A stretch of 28,256 nucleotides of DNA, taken from IMG/VR virus record IMGVR_UViG_3300037313_000087, positions 1 through 28,256 of that record. The stretch is one strand, 5' to 3'. The stretch comes from a virus. Its lineage: Duplodnaviria; Caudoviricetes. A program made the translations under genes and the position numbers. This document shows, piece by piece, positions 1-10,200 of this stretch. Within the stretch, counting starts at the first letter, position 1; each line of letters starts with the position of its first letter. The notes under the pieces were generated by a model that had not been told where the DNA came from, did not search any database, and saw nothing but the letters and a program-made list of their open reading frames with translations.

Positions 1-1
1 C

Positions 2-2302
2 GTCCGGCTCCCACAGGCACCCGATCTTGTGGAAATTGTCGTCAAACGGCGCATTCGGACGCCAAGGCTTGACCTGATAGTCCGACTCGTTCGGGTTGCG
101 GTGCAGTGTCGCGGCAAATGCGGTCGGTTTCCAGTATGGCGATCCTGAACTCCACACACCGTCCGTTCCGCCGCAATACGCCTCCATGATGTCGTTCTCG
201 TTACCGTTCGTATTGAACGTCCAGAACGCTGGCCAGCAACCTTTGCCCCTTGGCAGTTTCATGTACGCTTCGATATAGCCATATCTGAAATTGAACTTTC
301 CTGCGGTCGTGATCGCCCGCTGCATGAAGCGCCCGCTCGGGTTCTGGTACGGCCAGATCCTCAAACACGAATTGCCACCTGCATTTACGTCGTAATTCGT
401 CTGCGTATGCTGTTCCCCGCCATTCCCCATCGAGTCGCCATACCAGATCTCGTTGTTCCAGACTGACGTGTTGAAACTGCCGTCGAATTCATCCCTGAAA
501 ATGAGCGGCCATGTAGCGTTCGGGAATGCAGAAGGTCGGACATCCGATGCATCCCCTGAAGGCACCGCGCCCGTTCCCGTGTCCAGTTGCCAGATGCGGA
601 TATAGTCGATCTGGAAGCTGTTGGATGACCCCTGCGGCGTATTGGTGGTGTCTGGCGTCAGCCCGGACGTGGTTTCATACCATAGGGACAGGATCGGATA
701 CAGCGGATAGGTCTGCAGTGCCGTGGTCGGGATCTTCGTGGACATCTGAACGCCGTCGAAATAAAACGTCACGCCGTCCGGTTCCCATTTCACGCCGTAA
801 TAGTGGAACCCTGCCGACAGATCAACCGCCGCCATCGTATCCGTCAACCGCCTCTGCCCGATCAGGTTCACGCTGTTGTCGAACGCACGCCCCGCATAGT
901 CGGTAGGTCTGTAGTCGATCGTTCCCCAATTGCCTCCGCCCGCTGTCGTGCCGCCTCCGGTTGCCGGTGTCGGGAAATTCAGGTCTGCAGCGGCGATTTC
1001 CTTGAACCGTGTTGCGATGTACTGGCCGATGCGCGTATGGTGTGCCTGATTTCCTGCATACCCGTTCGGGCACAGAGAGAAGATGCTTGATCCGCTCGAT
1101 GTACGGTAGTTCTTCGTGTACGTGAACACGTCGATGACCGGCACGTTCTTCGATGTTGCGACGTTGCGCAATGTCGTCAGAATGCTCTGCCATGCCGAAT
1201 CGTCTGTTTCGTTCGGCAACTGGATCAGCACGGTTTTCGGGATGCGCGCAGTCCTCGCCGTGTCGATCATGTACGACAGATTGTCAGTAATCTGCGTGGT
1301 GGTGTAGTGCGCGTAATAGTCTGCCCACCCAGACTGGATGATGATGACCTTCGCGTTCGAGTTCGCCATCAGCGTCGCCCATCCAGGCGAATTGTTGCGC
1401 CATTTATACAACTCCATCCACATGTCGGACTTGTTCGTCACGACATAGGCAGCGTCGATCAATGATGCGAATGTCTCTATCTGCGTGGTTCCGACCTCTG
1501 TTCCGCTATTGGCTCCATCCTCGAACGTCATCTGGTCGCCATAGACCTCGATGCCGATCGGCCCCGTCGTGTTTCCCGATGATGCGGATGTTGTCTGCGT
1601 GGTGCCAGATGGGAACGCTTTCATCAGATCCATCTGCGGATGGTTCGTGTCCGTATGCGTGTAAAACCAGCATGTCGGCAGGACGCCTTTCCCTCTCGGC
1701 AGTTTTGCGCGGATCTCGAAGAAGCCGTATTTCTGGCTGAACTTGCCATCCGCGTCGATCGTCCTCCTGACATAGCCGGTGTCCGGCCATATGTTGAGGC
1801 AACCTCCCGCCACGCTGTAGTTCTGTACCGCAGGTTCCGTCTCGTTGTAGCCGTGCGTATTCCATTTCGACGGATCAAGCGTGCTTCCATTGAAGTCGTC
1901 GCCAAACGTCAATGTGTAAGGAACCGATTCCTGCCCGACAGGGCGGATATTGGATGGCGTCGCGCCGCCCGATCCTCCTGACGATTCGATCGCCTGTGCG
2001 CGGATCGTCACGGAATCGCTGCTCATGTTCGCGTACGACAGCGTGGCGGAATCCCCGCTCTGCGACAGCGTGGCCGTTCCGCTGATGACCGAGAATGTTA
2101 CTGGCGCGGTGACGTTGGACCGGTTCGCGGTCAGAAGAACGGAACTTGGCGTCGCTGTGGTTCCTGAAACATTGAACACCTGTGACGAAGCGGACAGGCT
2201 CAGGGACTTTGCACCTGACGGCGGCGTCACGGAACCGGTGACGATGACGCGGATCGACGCGGCCTGAAGGATCAGGTCGCGTTCGTTGACAATTTCTGCC
2301 AT
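2..2302 (-). CDS. Tail fibre/tip protein with two GH16-like domains and a nested SGNH-like domain (3' end beyond window; not in ORF track)
   Basis: Manual translation from ATG 2302 (GAGG upstream, 9 nt after the previous stop) is open to the window edge, 767 codons, starting MAEIVNERDLILQAAS. Motifs: LTFGDDFNGSTLDPSKW, YGFFEIRAKLPRGKG, FHYYGVKWEPDGVTFYFDG, FQIDYIRIWQ; then LIFRDEFDG, YGYIEAYMKLPRGKGCWPAFW, ENDIME. Confidence 0.92.
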   Translation of the reverse strand, partial: MAEIVNERDLILQAASIRVIVTGSVTPPSGAKSLSLSASSQVFNVSGTTATPSSVLLTANRSNVTAPVTFSVISGTATLSQSGDSATLSYANMSSDSVTIRAQAIESSGGSGGATPSNIRPVGQESVPYTLTFGDDFNGSTLDPSKWNTHGYNETEPAVQNYSVAGGCLNIWPDTGYVRRTIDADGKFSQKYGFFEIRAKLPRGKGVLPTCWFYTHTDTNHPQMDLMKAFPSGTTQTTSASSGNTTGPIGIEVYGDQMTFEDGANSGTEVGTTQIETFASLIDAAYVVTNKSDMWMELYKWRNNSPGWATLMANSNAKVIIIQSGWADYYAHYTTTQITDNLSYMIDTARTARIPKTVLIQLPNETDDSAWQSILTTLRNVATSKNVPVIDVFTYTKNYRTSSGSSIFSLCPNGYAGNQAHHTRIGQYIATRFKEIAAADLNFPTPATGGGTTAGGGNWGTIDYRPTDYAGRAFDNSVNLIGQRRLTDTMAAVDLSAGFHYYGVKWEPDGVTFYFDGVQMSTKIPTTALQTYPLYPILSLWYETTSGLTPDTTNTPQGSSNSFQIDYIRIWQLDTGTGAVPSGDASDVRPSAFPNATWPLIFRDEFDGSFNTSVWNNEIWYGDSMGNGGEQHTQTNYDVNAGGNSCLRIWPYQNPSGRFMQRAITTAGKFNFRYGYIEAYMKLPRGKGCWPAFWTFNTNGNENDIMEAYCGGTDGVWSSGSPYWKPTAFAATLHRNPNESDYQVKPWRPNAPFDDNFHKIGCLWEPD

Positions 2303-2311
2303 GGGAAATCC

Positions 2312-5300
2312 TCAGATAAGCACATCGACGCCGCAGCGCGAGCGCAGCCAGTCGGGAGACAGACCGACCACGACGCCCACCTTGCCCGCCGACAGGCCGA
2401 AGCGCGAATGCGTGATGCGCACCGCCTGCCCCAATTCCAGCGTCAGGCATTGCGCGAAACCATCGAAGTGATAGACAGTTCTTGGTGTCTTGAACAGCAA
2501 CAGACGACGGTTAGCCTCCGCCACCGCATCGACTGTGCGCAGGAGAAGCGTGTCCTGCTGCTGCGGATCTTCGAACAGTTTGTAGGTGGTGGCTGTACCG
2601 CTGTCCGTCTGCGTGGTGGTCAGCCATTCGAGCGCGTATAACTGCTTGTGCTCTTCCGGAATGCTGGTCAGCAGGTTCGACTGAACCGTATAGTTCCTGC
2701 AATAACCCAATTTCACCGCCGCTACTACCTGCGGCCTCGCACTGACCGCAAGCGACTTCTCCACCATGTCGGAAGCGGTGATGTCGAACGGCGTATCTGT
2801 CGGTGGAAGTTCGATCTTCAGCAGCCTGAGCCTTCCGGATCTCGACATGCCGATCTGTGCGCCGGCAGAGGATGCGAGATCCTGACAGCACTGCAGCACG
2901 TTCGCTCGGTCGGACAGGTACAGGCCGATCGGCTGCTTGTTGTCGTTGTCGAAATCGGTAAAGTTGGCCAGATTGATGTCGGCATCCGTAAAACGGTTGC
3001 CTACGGTCCCGTACGCAGTGACAAGACGGCGGATCGTCGGCGCAACCGTATTGGTGTAAGTAGAAACGACTTCGCCCTGTACGGATAAGGTAATCTGCCC
3101 GTCAGGAGGCGACAGCAGCAAGAACGATCCGGTGGACAGCAGCGGAGTAAAGGAGACAGGCACCCCGTTATCCCGCACTTCGATGATCCGTTCAATCTGT
3201 CCGTTATGGACCTGATACTGCAGCAGCGCACCGTCGATCAATAATGGCGTGACGTTATGATTTTCCCCGAACGCAATGGGACGCAATGTATCCGGATTGT
3301 TCCCTGTTCCTACCTTCGCATCCGATACTGGCGTATTCAGCCTTTGCAGCTTGTCCCGCATCTTGATGTTCAGACGGTCCCGTGCGCGGGAATCAATGTC
3401 CTCCACCACGCCCGCCATCACCAGCCGGAAGTCCGACCGCTTCCATGATGCGTCGCCGACATACACGTTCACAGGACGGTTCTTCCAGATATCATCCAGC
3501 CATGCATCCAGTTCGCCGGAAGTGTTATATATCTCGATATCGCCGTAACTGAGCGAGATTCCCGAACCGTCGAGCGTCATCTGCTCGTTCAGCGAAACTC
3601 CACCAGCGATGATCGGCATATATCCCTGATTGGCCGGCGTGTCGGTCGGCTTCGTCGCATAAGGGCGGTTCGACAGGTATCGCGTGACATCTACGCCTCC
3701 CGATGTGACCTGCGCCTCGACCAATACGACCCGTGTTGCATGTTCGTTCTTCAGCCATGCAAGCCAGTCGGTCGGGATAAATTCCGGATTGACGGAGCCG
3801 TGGGAACCGGTGATCGTCATCGGCTCCAGCGTCGCGGAAAGCGTTGCAGTGCGCGTCGTGCTGGACAGCGTAGTACCGGTAGCCGACACCGTGACCGCAT
3901 CAAGCGCCCTGTTCAGCGATGCGGTGCGGCTGGTGGACGGATCGAAGTGCAGCAGCAGCGAGACTTTTCCGTACTGCGAATCGCCAACCGTGGAACCGGC
4001 AAAGATCGTGAACGGCGGCGTGAAAGAACCGCCATACCGTGCAGCACCCTTGGTAATCCGCAATTCGTCAAGGTAGCCGGTAAATCTGCGGCTTCCGCCA
4101 TTGTCGTTGCCGACCATTAGCGAGCGAGAGGATGACCACAGCGCACGGCCATCGGTGGCGGACGCGATCACGGAGCCATTGACATAGACACGGATCACGT
4201 TGAATGCATCGCGATCGACTGCGAGGTGATACCAGGTAGAGAGGCTAGGCGTCCATGTCGCGCCGACAAAATACTCGTTCGCGCCATCGTCGGTATAGGT
4301 GAAGCCGAGCTTTCCGGAGGCGTCGGTGCGGAATGTCCATCCGAGATCGCCATCGCTGACAAGAGCAGCCCATTGCGCGGCGATCGTGTTGAACGCGGAG
4401 GACGAGAACGAAGCAAAGTATCCCCATGCCTCGATCGTGAACTGGCCCGAGCCGAACTGGAAACCCGCCCGTGCAGGCGTGGATACGCTGCTTGCGTTGT
4501 TCACCGCCGTCAGGTCAAGCGAGCCTACGCCGAACTTTGTAACCGTCGTGGAGACGACTGCGCCACCATTGGCGGTCTGCGTGCTGTTGTAACTTGAACT
4601 GTCATACAGGAAGCCGGAGCCGCTGGATGTGTCGTGCGTCGCATCCGCAGACAGCGTAACTGCCCCGAGCGTTTTTGATGCATTGGCAACAATTGCCACC
4701 GATGCTGTCGCGCTTGTGGTTGCTGCGCCCAATGCGGCAACGAGACTGCCCGTCCTTGTGACAGGAATCGAGCCGCCTGTCGTGTACGTGATGGTGACGG
4801 TCAGGTCATCGAACCGGCAATCGACCCCTGCAGAACCCGCGCCGCTGGTAGTGACGACCGAATATTCGAGCGACAGGCGGACAGGAGAATTGGACGGCTG
4901 GCTGGTCGAATTGACATTGACCGCCGATCCTGCGGACTGCGCGACATATGACCCGTCCGTCGTGGTCGACAGCGCCGTATTGATCAGATCGGCGGAAGTA
5001 ATTGCATTGTTTGCGCCGTCCAGAAGCCGGACCTTGATTGAATGCGACGATAGTTTTACATTCGAGACAAGGTTCTTCTTCCACGCGGTGACTTGCGCCT
5101 GCGTGACGGTCGCGCCTGCGGGAATGCCGAATATCTGTTCCCACGTATAGGAGCCTGACAGCAGACGCGCAAATTCCGTCCCCGTGTCGGTATTGGCGGC
5201 ATCCGTGAATTTGGCTGCGCCATCATTCGCATCGACCGAATACGCGATGTTCGCGCTGTTTCCTGCGTCAGAAAGGCTTTCCCAATTCGCGTTCCAGCTT

Positions 5301-6784
5301 GCCCATGTCGAGGATGCGGTGTTCGATACGGTCGAAGCAACCGAGCCTGCGGCACTGAGTGCCACCGCACCGAGCGTCGAATTCAGCGTGCCATTGATGC
5401 CGACCGGTGTTTCACGGCGCAATTCGATCGCGATCGCGCCGATATTCGTGGACGCATCCGACGTTGCGGAAACGCTCGTATTCGCCGATGGGCTGAACTC
5501 CGATGCCGCATTGGAATACAGCATGCCGACGCTGTGGACAAGCGAAAATCCAGACCCCGCCGTGAACGTCCTCTTGACGCCCGCCGCATCACCCGCGCCA
5601 AACACGCCATAGGTGGCGTTCGATGTGGAAGAGAACGTGCCGAGTGTGACGGACAGAGACGAAACGCTGTTCGCGGTATTGGTGGCAGCCTGGACAATCG
5701 CGGATGAGCCGTTCGTTCCGCTCTTGTCCACACCGTCGAACTCGACCACGCTCCATGCCGCCGAAACACAATTGACGCCGGCACTGATGGTAATGACACC
5801 GGCAGTCGGACTCGTTCCCATTGCCCTGAAAACGGACAATTGCCCTGCATAGTTCCCGTTTCCGAAACTGTTGACGCCTACACGACCTACTTCGACCCAT
5901 GTCAACCCGTTACCTGTGACGGTCAGGCCGATAGGTGCGGACTGCGCTTCAAGACCGATTTCGATAGCCAGTAACTGAAGCCGGTTCGCGGTAGGCGTTA
6001 TCGTCGCGGTACTGAACGAGGTTGCCGTCGATCCCGATGCCCCTGATGTCAGAGGGTAGTCGTTGATCGTCGCCGCGCCCGCGCCGCTGCCGCTGCTGCG
6101 CCCGATCGTCTTTGGCACGGCAGAGAACAACTGGCGCGGATCGTTGCTGATCGACTTCAGTTCCGATGCATTTAACGCACGCTGCCATACCGCAAAAGCA
6201 CCGACACGCGCGTTCAGGTTCGCCGCCCCGCCAACACCGGATGCGCCGATCTGTAGTCCCCCTGTCGTATTGCTCGCCGGAGAAACGGTTCCAGAACCGG
6301 AAACCGCAGCGCCGCTCAGGTACACGGTAGGCGTTGCTCCCGATGCGGTCAGCGAGAACGCGAGAACGTAGCGTTTCCCTGCCGTCAGTTGCCCTAGTCC
6401 GGACGGCGTGAAGCGCGATGCAGAACCGGTCTGGTCCTGAATGATGAAGCCGTTGGTCGAGTCAAGGAACAGTTGCAGGCCGGCCGTGCCGAGCGGATCG
6501 CCCAGACTCATCAGCGTGCCCGCCGCCGTGCTGCCGGCAACGAACTCGATCATGCAGGACAGAGGCGCGGTCGAGAAGTTGACCGATGCGTATTTCAGCG
6601 CCGCCGTGCTGCCGTTGAACGATGCTGCGGCATTCCTGCCGATCGCAGATCTGGACGGTTTCGTCTGTCCGGACGGCAGACTCCACTTGGCCGACGAGGA
6701 CAGTGAAAGCGGGTCGAGCGGAGTCGTACCGGCGAGCGCCAGCTTGCGGGCGAATGGGCCCGCCTTTCGAATCAGCGATGTCAT
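2312..6784 (-). CDS. Tail tip/baseplate hub-like protein (C-terminal ~490 aa) with ~1000-aa N-terminal array of LamG/ConA and other beta-sandwich domains
   Basis: 1490-aa ORF. LamG motifs (GAFAVWQRALNASE; FTIEAW...WYHLAV...YVNG...GYLDELRITKG). C-terminal region (WLAWLK...RVVLVE...YGDIEIYN...PIAFGENHNVTP...LELGQAVRITHSRFGL) resembles phage tail-tip proteins. Confidence 0.8.
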   Translation of the reverse strand: MTSLIRKAGPFARKLALAGTTPLDPLSLSSSAKWSLPSGQTKPSRSAIGRNAAASFNGSTAALKYASVNFSTAPLSCMIEFVAGSTAAGTLMSLGDPLGTAGLQLFLDSTNGFIIQDQTGSASRFTPSGLGQLTAGKRYVLAFSLTASGATPTVYLSGAAVSGSGTVSPASNTTGGLQIGASGVGGAANLNARVGAFAVWQRALNASELKSISNDPRQLFSAVPKTIGRSSGSGAGAATINDYPLTSGASGSTATSFSTATITPTANRLQLLAIEIGLEAQSAPIGLTVTGNGLTWVEVGRVGVNSFGNGNYAGQLSVFRAMGTSPTAGVITISAGVNCVSAAWSVVEFDGVDKSGTNGSSAIVQAATNTANSVSSLSVTLGTFSSTSNATYGVFGAGDAAGVKRTFTAGSGFSLVHSVGMLYSNAASEFSPSANTSVSATSDASTNIGAIAIELRRETPVGINGTLNSTLGAVALSAAGSVASTVSNTASSTWASWNANWESLSDAGNSANIAYSVDANDGAAKFTDAANTDTGTEFARLLSGSYTWEQIFGIPAGATVTQAQVTAWKKNLVSNVKLSSHSIKVRLLDGANNAITSADLINTALSTTTDGSYVAQSAGSAVNVNSTSQPSNSPVRLSLEYSVVTTSGAGSAGVDCRFDDLTVTITYTTGGSIPVTRTGSLVAALGAATTSATASVAIVANASKTLGAVTLSADATHDTSSGSGFLYDSSSYNSTQTANGGAVVSTTVTKFGVGSLDLTAVNNASSVSTPARAGFQFGSGQFTIEAWGYFASFSSSAFNTIAAQWAALVSDGDLGWTFRTDASGKLGFTYTDDGANEYFVGATWTPSLSTWYHLAVDRDAFNVIRVYVNGSVIASATDGRALWSSSRSLMVGNDNGGSRRFTGYLDELRITKGAARYGGSFTPPFTIFAGSTVGDSQYGKVSLLLHFDPSTSRTASLNRALDAVTVSATGTTLSSTTRTATLSATLEPMTITGSHGSVNPEFIPTDWLAWLKNEHATRVVLVEAQVTSGGVDVTRYLSNRPYATKPTDTPANQGYMPIIAGGVSLNEQMTLDGSGISLSYGDIEIYNTSGELDAWLDDIWKNRPVNVYVGDASWKRSDFRLVMAGVVEDIDSRARDRLNIKMRDKLQRLNTPVSDAKVGTGNNPDTLRPIAFGENHNVTPLLIDGALLQYQVHNGQIERIIEVRDNGVPVSFTPLLSTGSFLLLSPPDGQITLSVQGEVVSTYTNTVAPTIRRLVTAYGTVGNRFTDADINLANFTDFDNDNKQPIGLYLSDRANVLQCCQDLASSAGAQIGMSRSGRLRLLKIELPPTDTPFDITASDMVEKSLAVSARPQVVAAVKLGYCRNYTVQSNLLTSIPEEHKQLYALEWLTTTQTDSGTATTYKLFEDPQQQDTLLLRTVDAVAEANRRLLLFKTPRTVYHFDGFAQCLTLELGQAVRITHSRFGLSAGKVGVVVGLSPDWLRSRCGVDVLI
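3941..4612 (-). other. LamG/concanavalin-A-like domain, apparently circularly permuted
   Basis: Begins FLYDSS...KFGVGS...FGSGQFTIEAW and ends DELRITKGAARYGGSFTPP, followed by DSQYGKVSLLLHFD. Confidence 0.75.
5417..6052 (-). repeat. Module A copy 2 (~212 aa; paralogue of 9588..10226)
   Basis: Shared blocks TPTANRLQLLA-EIG, VTGNGLTWVEV, RAMG-SP-AG, SGTNGS-AIVQ, NATYG-FGA, RTFTAG, ASTNIG-IA-E. Confidence 0.95.
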
Positions 6785-6785
6785 A

Positions 6786-7229
6786 TTACGGCGCTATGTT
6801 CTTGTACACGAACCGGTACTGAGCGGAATTGCCGGATGCAGCGAACGACACGCCCGCATCGTTCTGTACGACCACCTTGAATTGCGGAGGTAGCGTGCGG
6901 AAGGCGGAGGCGACGGAACACGCTTGCGAGCGGTAGGTGGCGGAAGTCGGCAGGGACAGCGTGCCGATGCGGATCATGTTGTCGGTCTGCGTGTTGTCGC
7001 CGAAGTTGGTTCCATCCACGCTAGACACCGCGTAGATGATCGCCTGCTTATTCCCTGTTGCTGTGATAGCGCCAAGCGTAATTTCTACCATCACGTCCTC
7101 TACCGGGTTGGAAGAACCGGCGATGTCGAGAGCGGAACTGGTCGCCAGAGAGCCGTTGGCTAGAGAGTTCAGGGTAATGGTCAATGAGGATGCCGACCCG
7201 TATTTGGTCGTAATGTCGCCTGAAGCCAT
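6786..7229 (-). CDS. Putative virion beta-sandwich protein (stand-alone module B)
   Basis: 147-aa ORF with GGAG RBS, tightly packed between neighbours. A close paralogue is embedded in the upstream gene. Confidence 0.85.
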   Translation of the reverse strand: MASGDITTKYGSASSLTITLNSLANGSLATSSALDIAGSSNPVEDVMVEITLGAITATGNKQAIIYAVSSVDGTNFGDNTQTDNMIRIGTLSLPTSATYRSQACSVASAFRTLPPQFKVVVQNDAGVSFAASGNSAQYRFVYKNIAP

Positions 7230-7238
7230 GATCGCTCC

Positions 7239-10200
7239 CTAGGAAATCGTGATTGTTTGGTTAAGTGCGTTGCGTCCGGTCGTGGCATCCCACAAGCCGG
7301 TATTGGCGAACTGGATCGAGTATTCGGGACGTGTCGCGAGCGTCGCGTCAGGGTCTGCAAGAAGCAGATGGACGGAATACGTACCCGCCGCAAGTCCGCT
7401 CGGAATCGACACGTTCTCGCTGACGGTGATGTTCCCGCCTGGTACCCATGTGCGCGGGTCTGCCGCCATGGGAATGGTCGTGATCGCGCTGGTCGAGGTG
7501 TTTTTCAGCACCAGTTTTACAGGACGCGGCATGCAGGGTGCAGCGAAGCCGACGTTCTTGACGATGATCGTCACCGATATCTGCGTGCCTGCGGTGGCGG
7601 AAGACGGCATGGTGCTGGAGACAAGTTGCAACCGGTAGCCCATGCTGCGCTTGATCACGTCGATGCGGTAGGTTCCATCGCCAGTGTTGTAGCCGCCGAG
7701 CGTACTTCCTGTATAGCGATTTGCCCATCTGTCAAGTACGGCAGGGTCATAGAGCGCGTTCAGGTACGTGGTGTGATACTTCGTCATGAACGTGATCGCA
7801 GCATCACCATTCGTCCATGTGGCGTTGTATCCGTTTGTCTCGCCACCATGAGGAACCCATAGCGTGTCCTGCCGCATGAACGTGTCTTCATTGAAGGCGT
7901 TGTAGGATGCGGACGGCGAGTTAGGTGGATATAAGAATGTTCCCCTGTCTGTCGCGTCCGTGCAGAACGAATCGTCAAAGTGACCGATGCGTGATATGTC
8001 AGAACCATCAAACCTTTGGGTATCCTGCACAGGGGTCTTGCTTATCATGCCCTTGATCCATGGTTGCCTGACACAGACAAAGCGGTCAACTGGCGTCACG
8101 GACAGCGTCTTCAGAATGACATTCTTGCGGGCGTCCCTGTTTGCCTGAGTAAGACTGTCCGGCCACGAATCAAGGCCGAAGTTCGATGACCCCTGATACT
8201 CGCCCCACTGCCCTACCCATCCGCATTGGATCATCATGATGATGTCCTTGTTTGATGCAAGATACGGCTGTAACTGGTCGCAGTGCTGCTGAATCTGCGT
8301 ATATGTTGCATCAATGTTGCTGCTCGCATCATAGGGAAACCGGAGGATAATTTTCATTCCTCTTGTCCGTGCGGCATTCAGGTTTGACTGGAATGCAGTG
8401 AAGAATGCAGAGTCAAGCGGGACCGTCTTGTAACTGTTCAGGTAGCAGTAGTAATGAACGAGCCTGATATCGCGCTGATAGTTGTCAGGATTGGTGCCGT
8501 CCGTGTTGTAATAAGTGGTCAGGTTAGATTGCGTCCAGTTCCCTGTATGCGTCAGGTCAAGATAGAAGCCGCGCTCGGGATTCGGAATCTGCGCTGTGCT
8601 TGCGGTATAGGTGACAGTGGACAGCGATGCGACAGCAACCGCCACAGTCTCATATGCAAACCTGTACTGAGCACTATTCCCCGATGCCGCCAAAGATACG
8701 CCCGCGTCATTCTGGACTATGATCTTGACCGATGGCGGTAGTGATCCATACGCATCGAGCACAGAGAACGACTCCGAGCGGGATGCGACACCTGCAGACA
8801 GCGTCACCGTGCCTAGCCACATCAGGTTATCTACCTGCGTGTTGTCTGCAAAGTTGGTTCCGTCAATACTCGATACCGCATACACGACAACCTGCTTGTT
8901 ACCGGATGGCGTAATGGAGGCGATATTGAGTTCGACCATCACGTCAGTAACTGAAGATGACGCTCCTGCAATATCGATTGCGGAACTGGTTGCAAGAGAA
9001 CCGTTCGCAAGCGAATTGAGCGTGATCGTCAGCGACGTAGCAGAGCCGTACTCGGTCGTGACTGCGCTTCCCGTCTTGGCCGCTGCAACCGTTCCGTCTG
9101 CGCTGACCGTCACAGCGCCCAATGTCGCACTCAGGGTTCCCGTGCGTCCCGCTGGCGTGCCGAACGGCGCATTGGTCGTCTTGCCTGATACCGTCTCCGT
9201 ATAGGTGCCTGACGTGGCCGAATCGAAGATCGTGAACCAATCCACGCCGTTACTCGATACTTCGGTCTTCGTTCCTGTGAATACCCGTGCATCATCATAG
9301 AAATGCCAGCAAGTGATGCTTGCGATCTGGTAGATGGTACCGAGATCGACCGTGACCGTTGCAGGTGTGCCGTTGCCTGCAACATAGCTGTAACTGTTGT
9401 TGCTCACGCCATCCGTGATAAGAGAAAGCGTACCCTCAGTTGGCGTAAAACTTGCGGTGACGGTCTTGCCTGAAGCGATGTTCGTGCCGCTGGCGTCCTT
9501 GGCTTGAATCTCCACCCAATAATTCGTAGCGTTGACATTCGAACCGCTCAGGTAATCCTTGATGTAACGGACTGAACTGGTATTTGCCTTGATCTCGACG
9601 GCAATGACGCCGATGTTGGTCGATGCGGACGCCGTTGCATCAACTGTCGTGTCGTTGTCAGAGCGGAACTCTGTGAAGATAGACGAGAAAGTGCTTCCCG
9701 TATCATGGATCTCGGTATAACCGGTTCCAGCGGTAAAGGTACGCGGAACCCCGCCGCTGTCGCTTGCTCCGAATGCGCCATATGTCGCATTCCCCGCCGA
9801 AGAGAAAGCGGACAGCGTGCCGGTAATGGATGTGACGGTCGATGCCGTATTCGTGACTGACTGGACGATCGCGCCGGAACCGTTTGTGCCGGAAGTGTCA
9901 ATTCCCGAGAACTCGATCAGGCTCCATGCGCAGGAAACCCAGTTGAAGCCGACATTGATTGTGATAGCGCCTGCAGAGGGACTCGCACCCATGGCGCGGT
10001 ACAAAGACAGTTGCGCGTTATAGTTGCTGCCGGAGTTCAGTGCCACTCCGACCTTCGCCACCTCGACCCAAGTCAGGCCGTTGCCAGTCACGGACGTGAA
10101 CGACGTTACAGGACCAGTGGTTTCCCTCCCGATCTCGACCGCCAACAGTTGCAGTCTGTTTGCGGTAGGTGTGACGGATGCAGTGGCGAATGACGATGCG

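Noticed and set aside
990-1560. Nested domain as an intein or intron
   Set aside because: No intein terminal His-Asn motif or endonuclease motifs; the frame is continuous and the insert is bounded by flexible linkers.
96-2471. Numerous short ORFs on both strands in the track
   Set aside because: All overlap the single long minus-strand frame 2302 to <1, which has recognisable domains and was missed only because it lacks a stop in the window.
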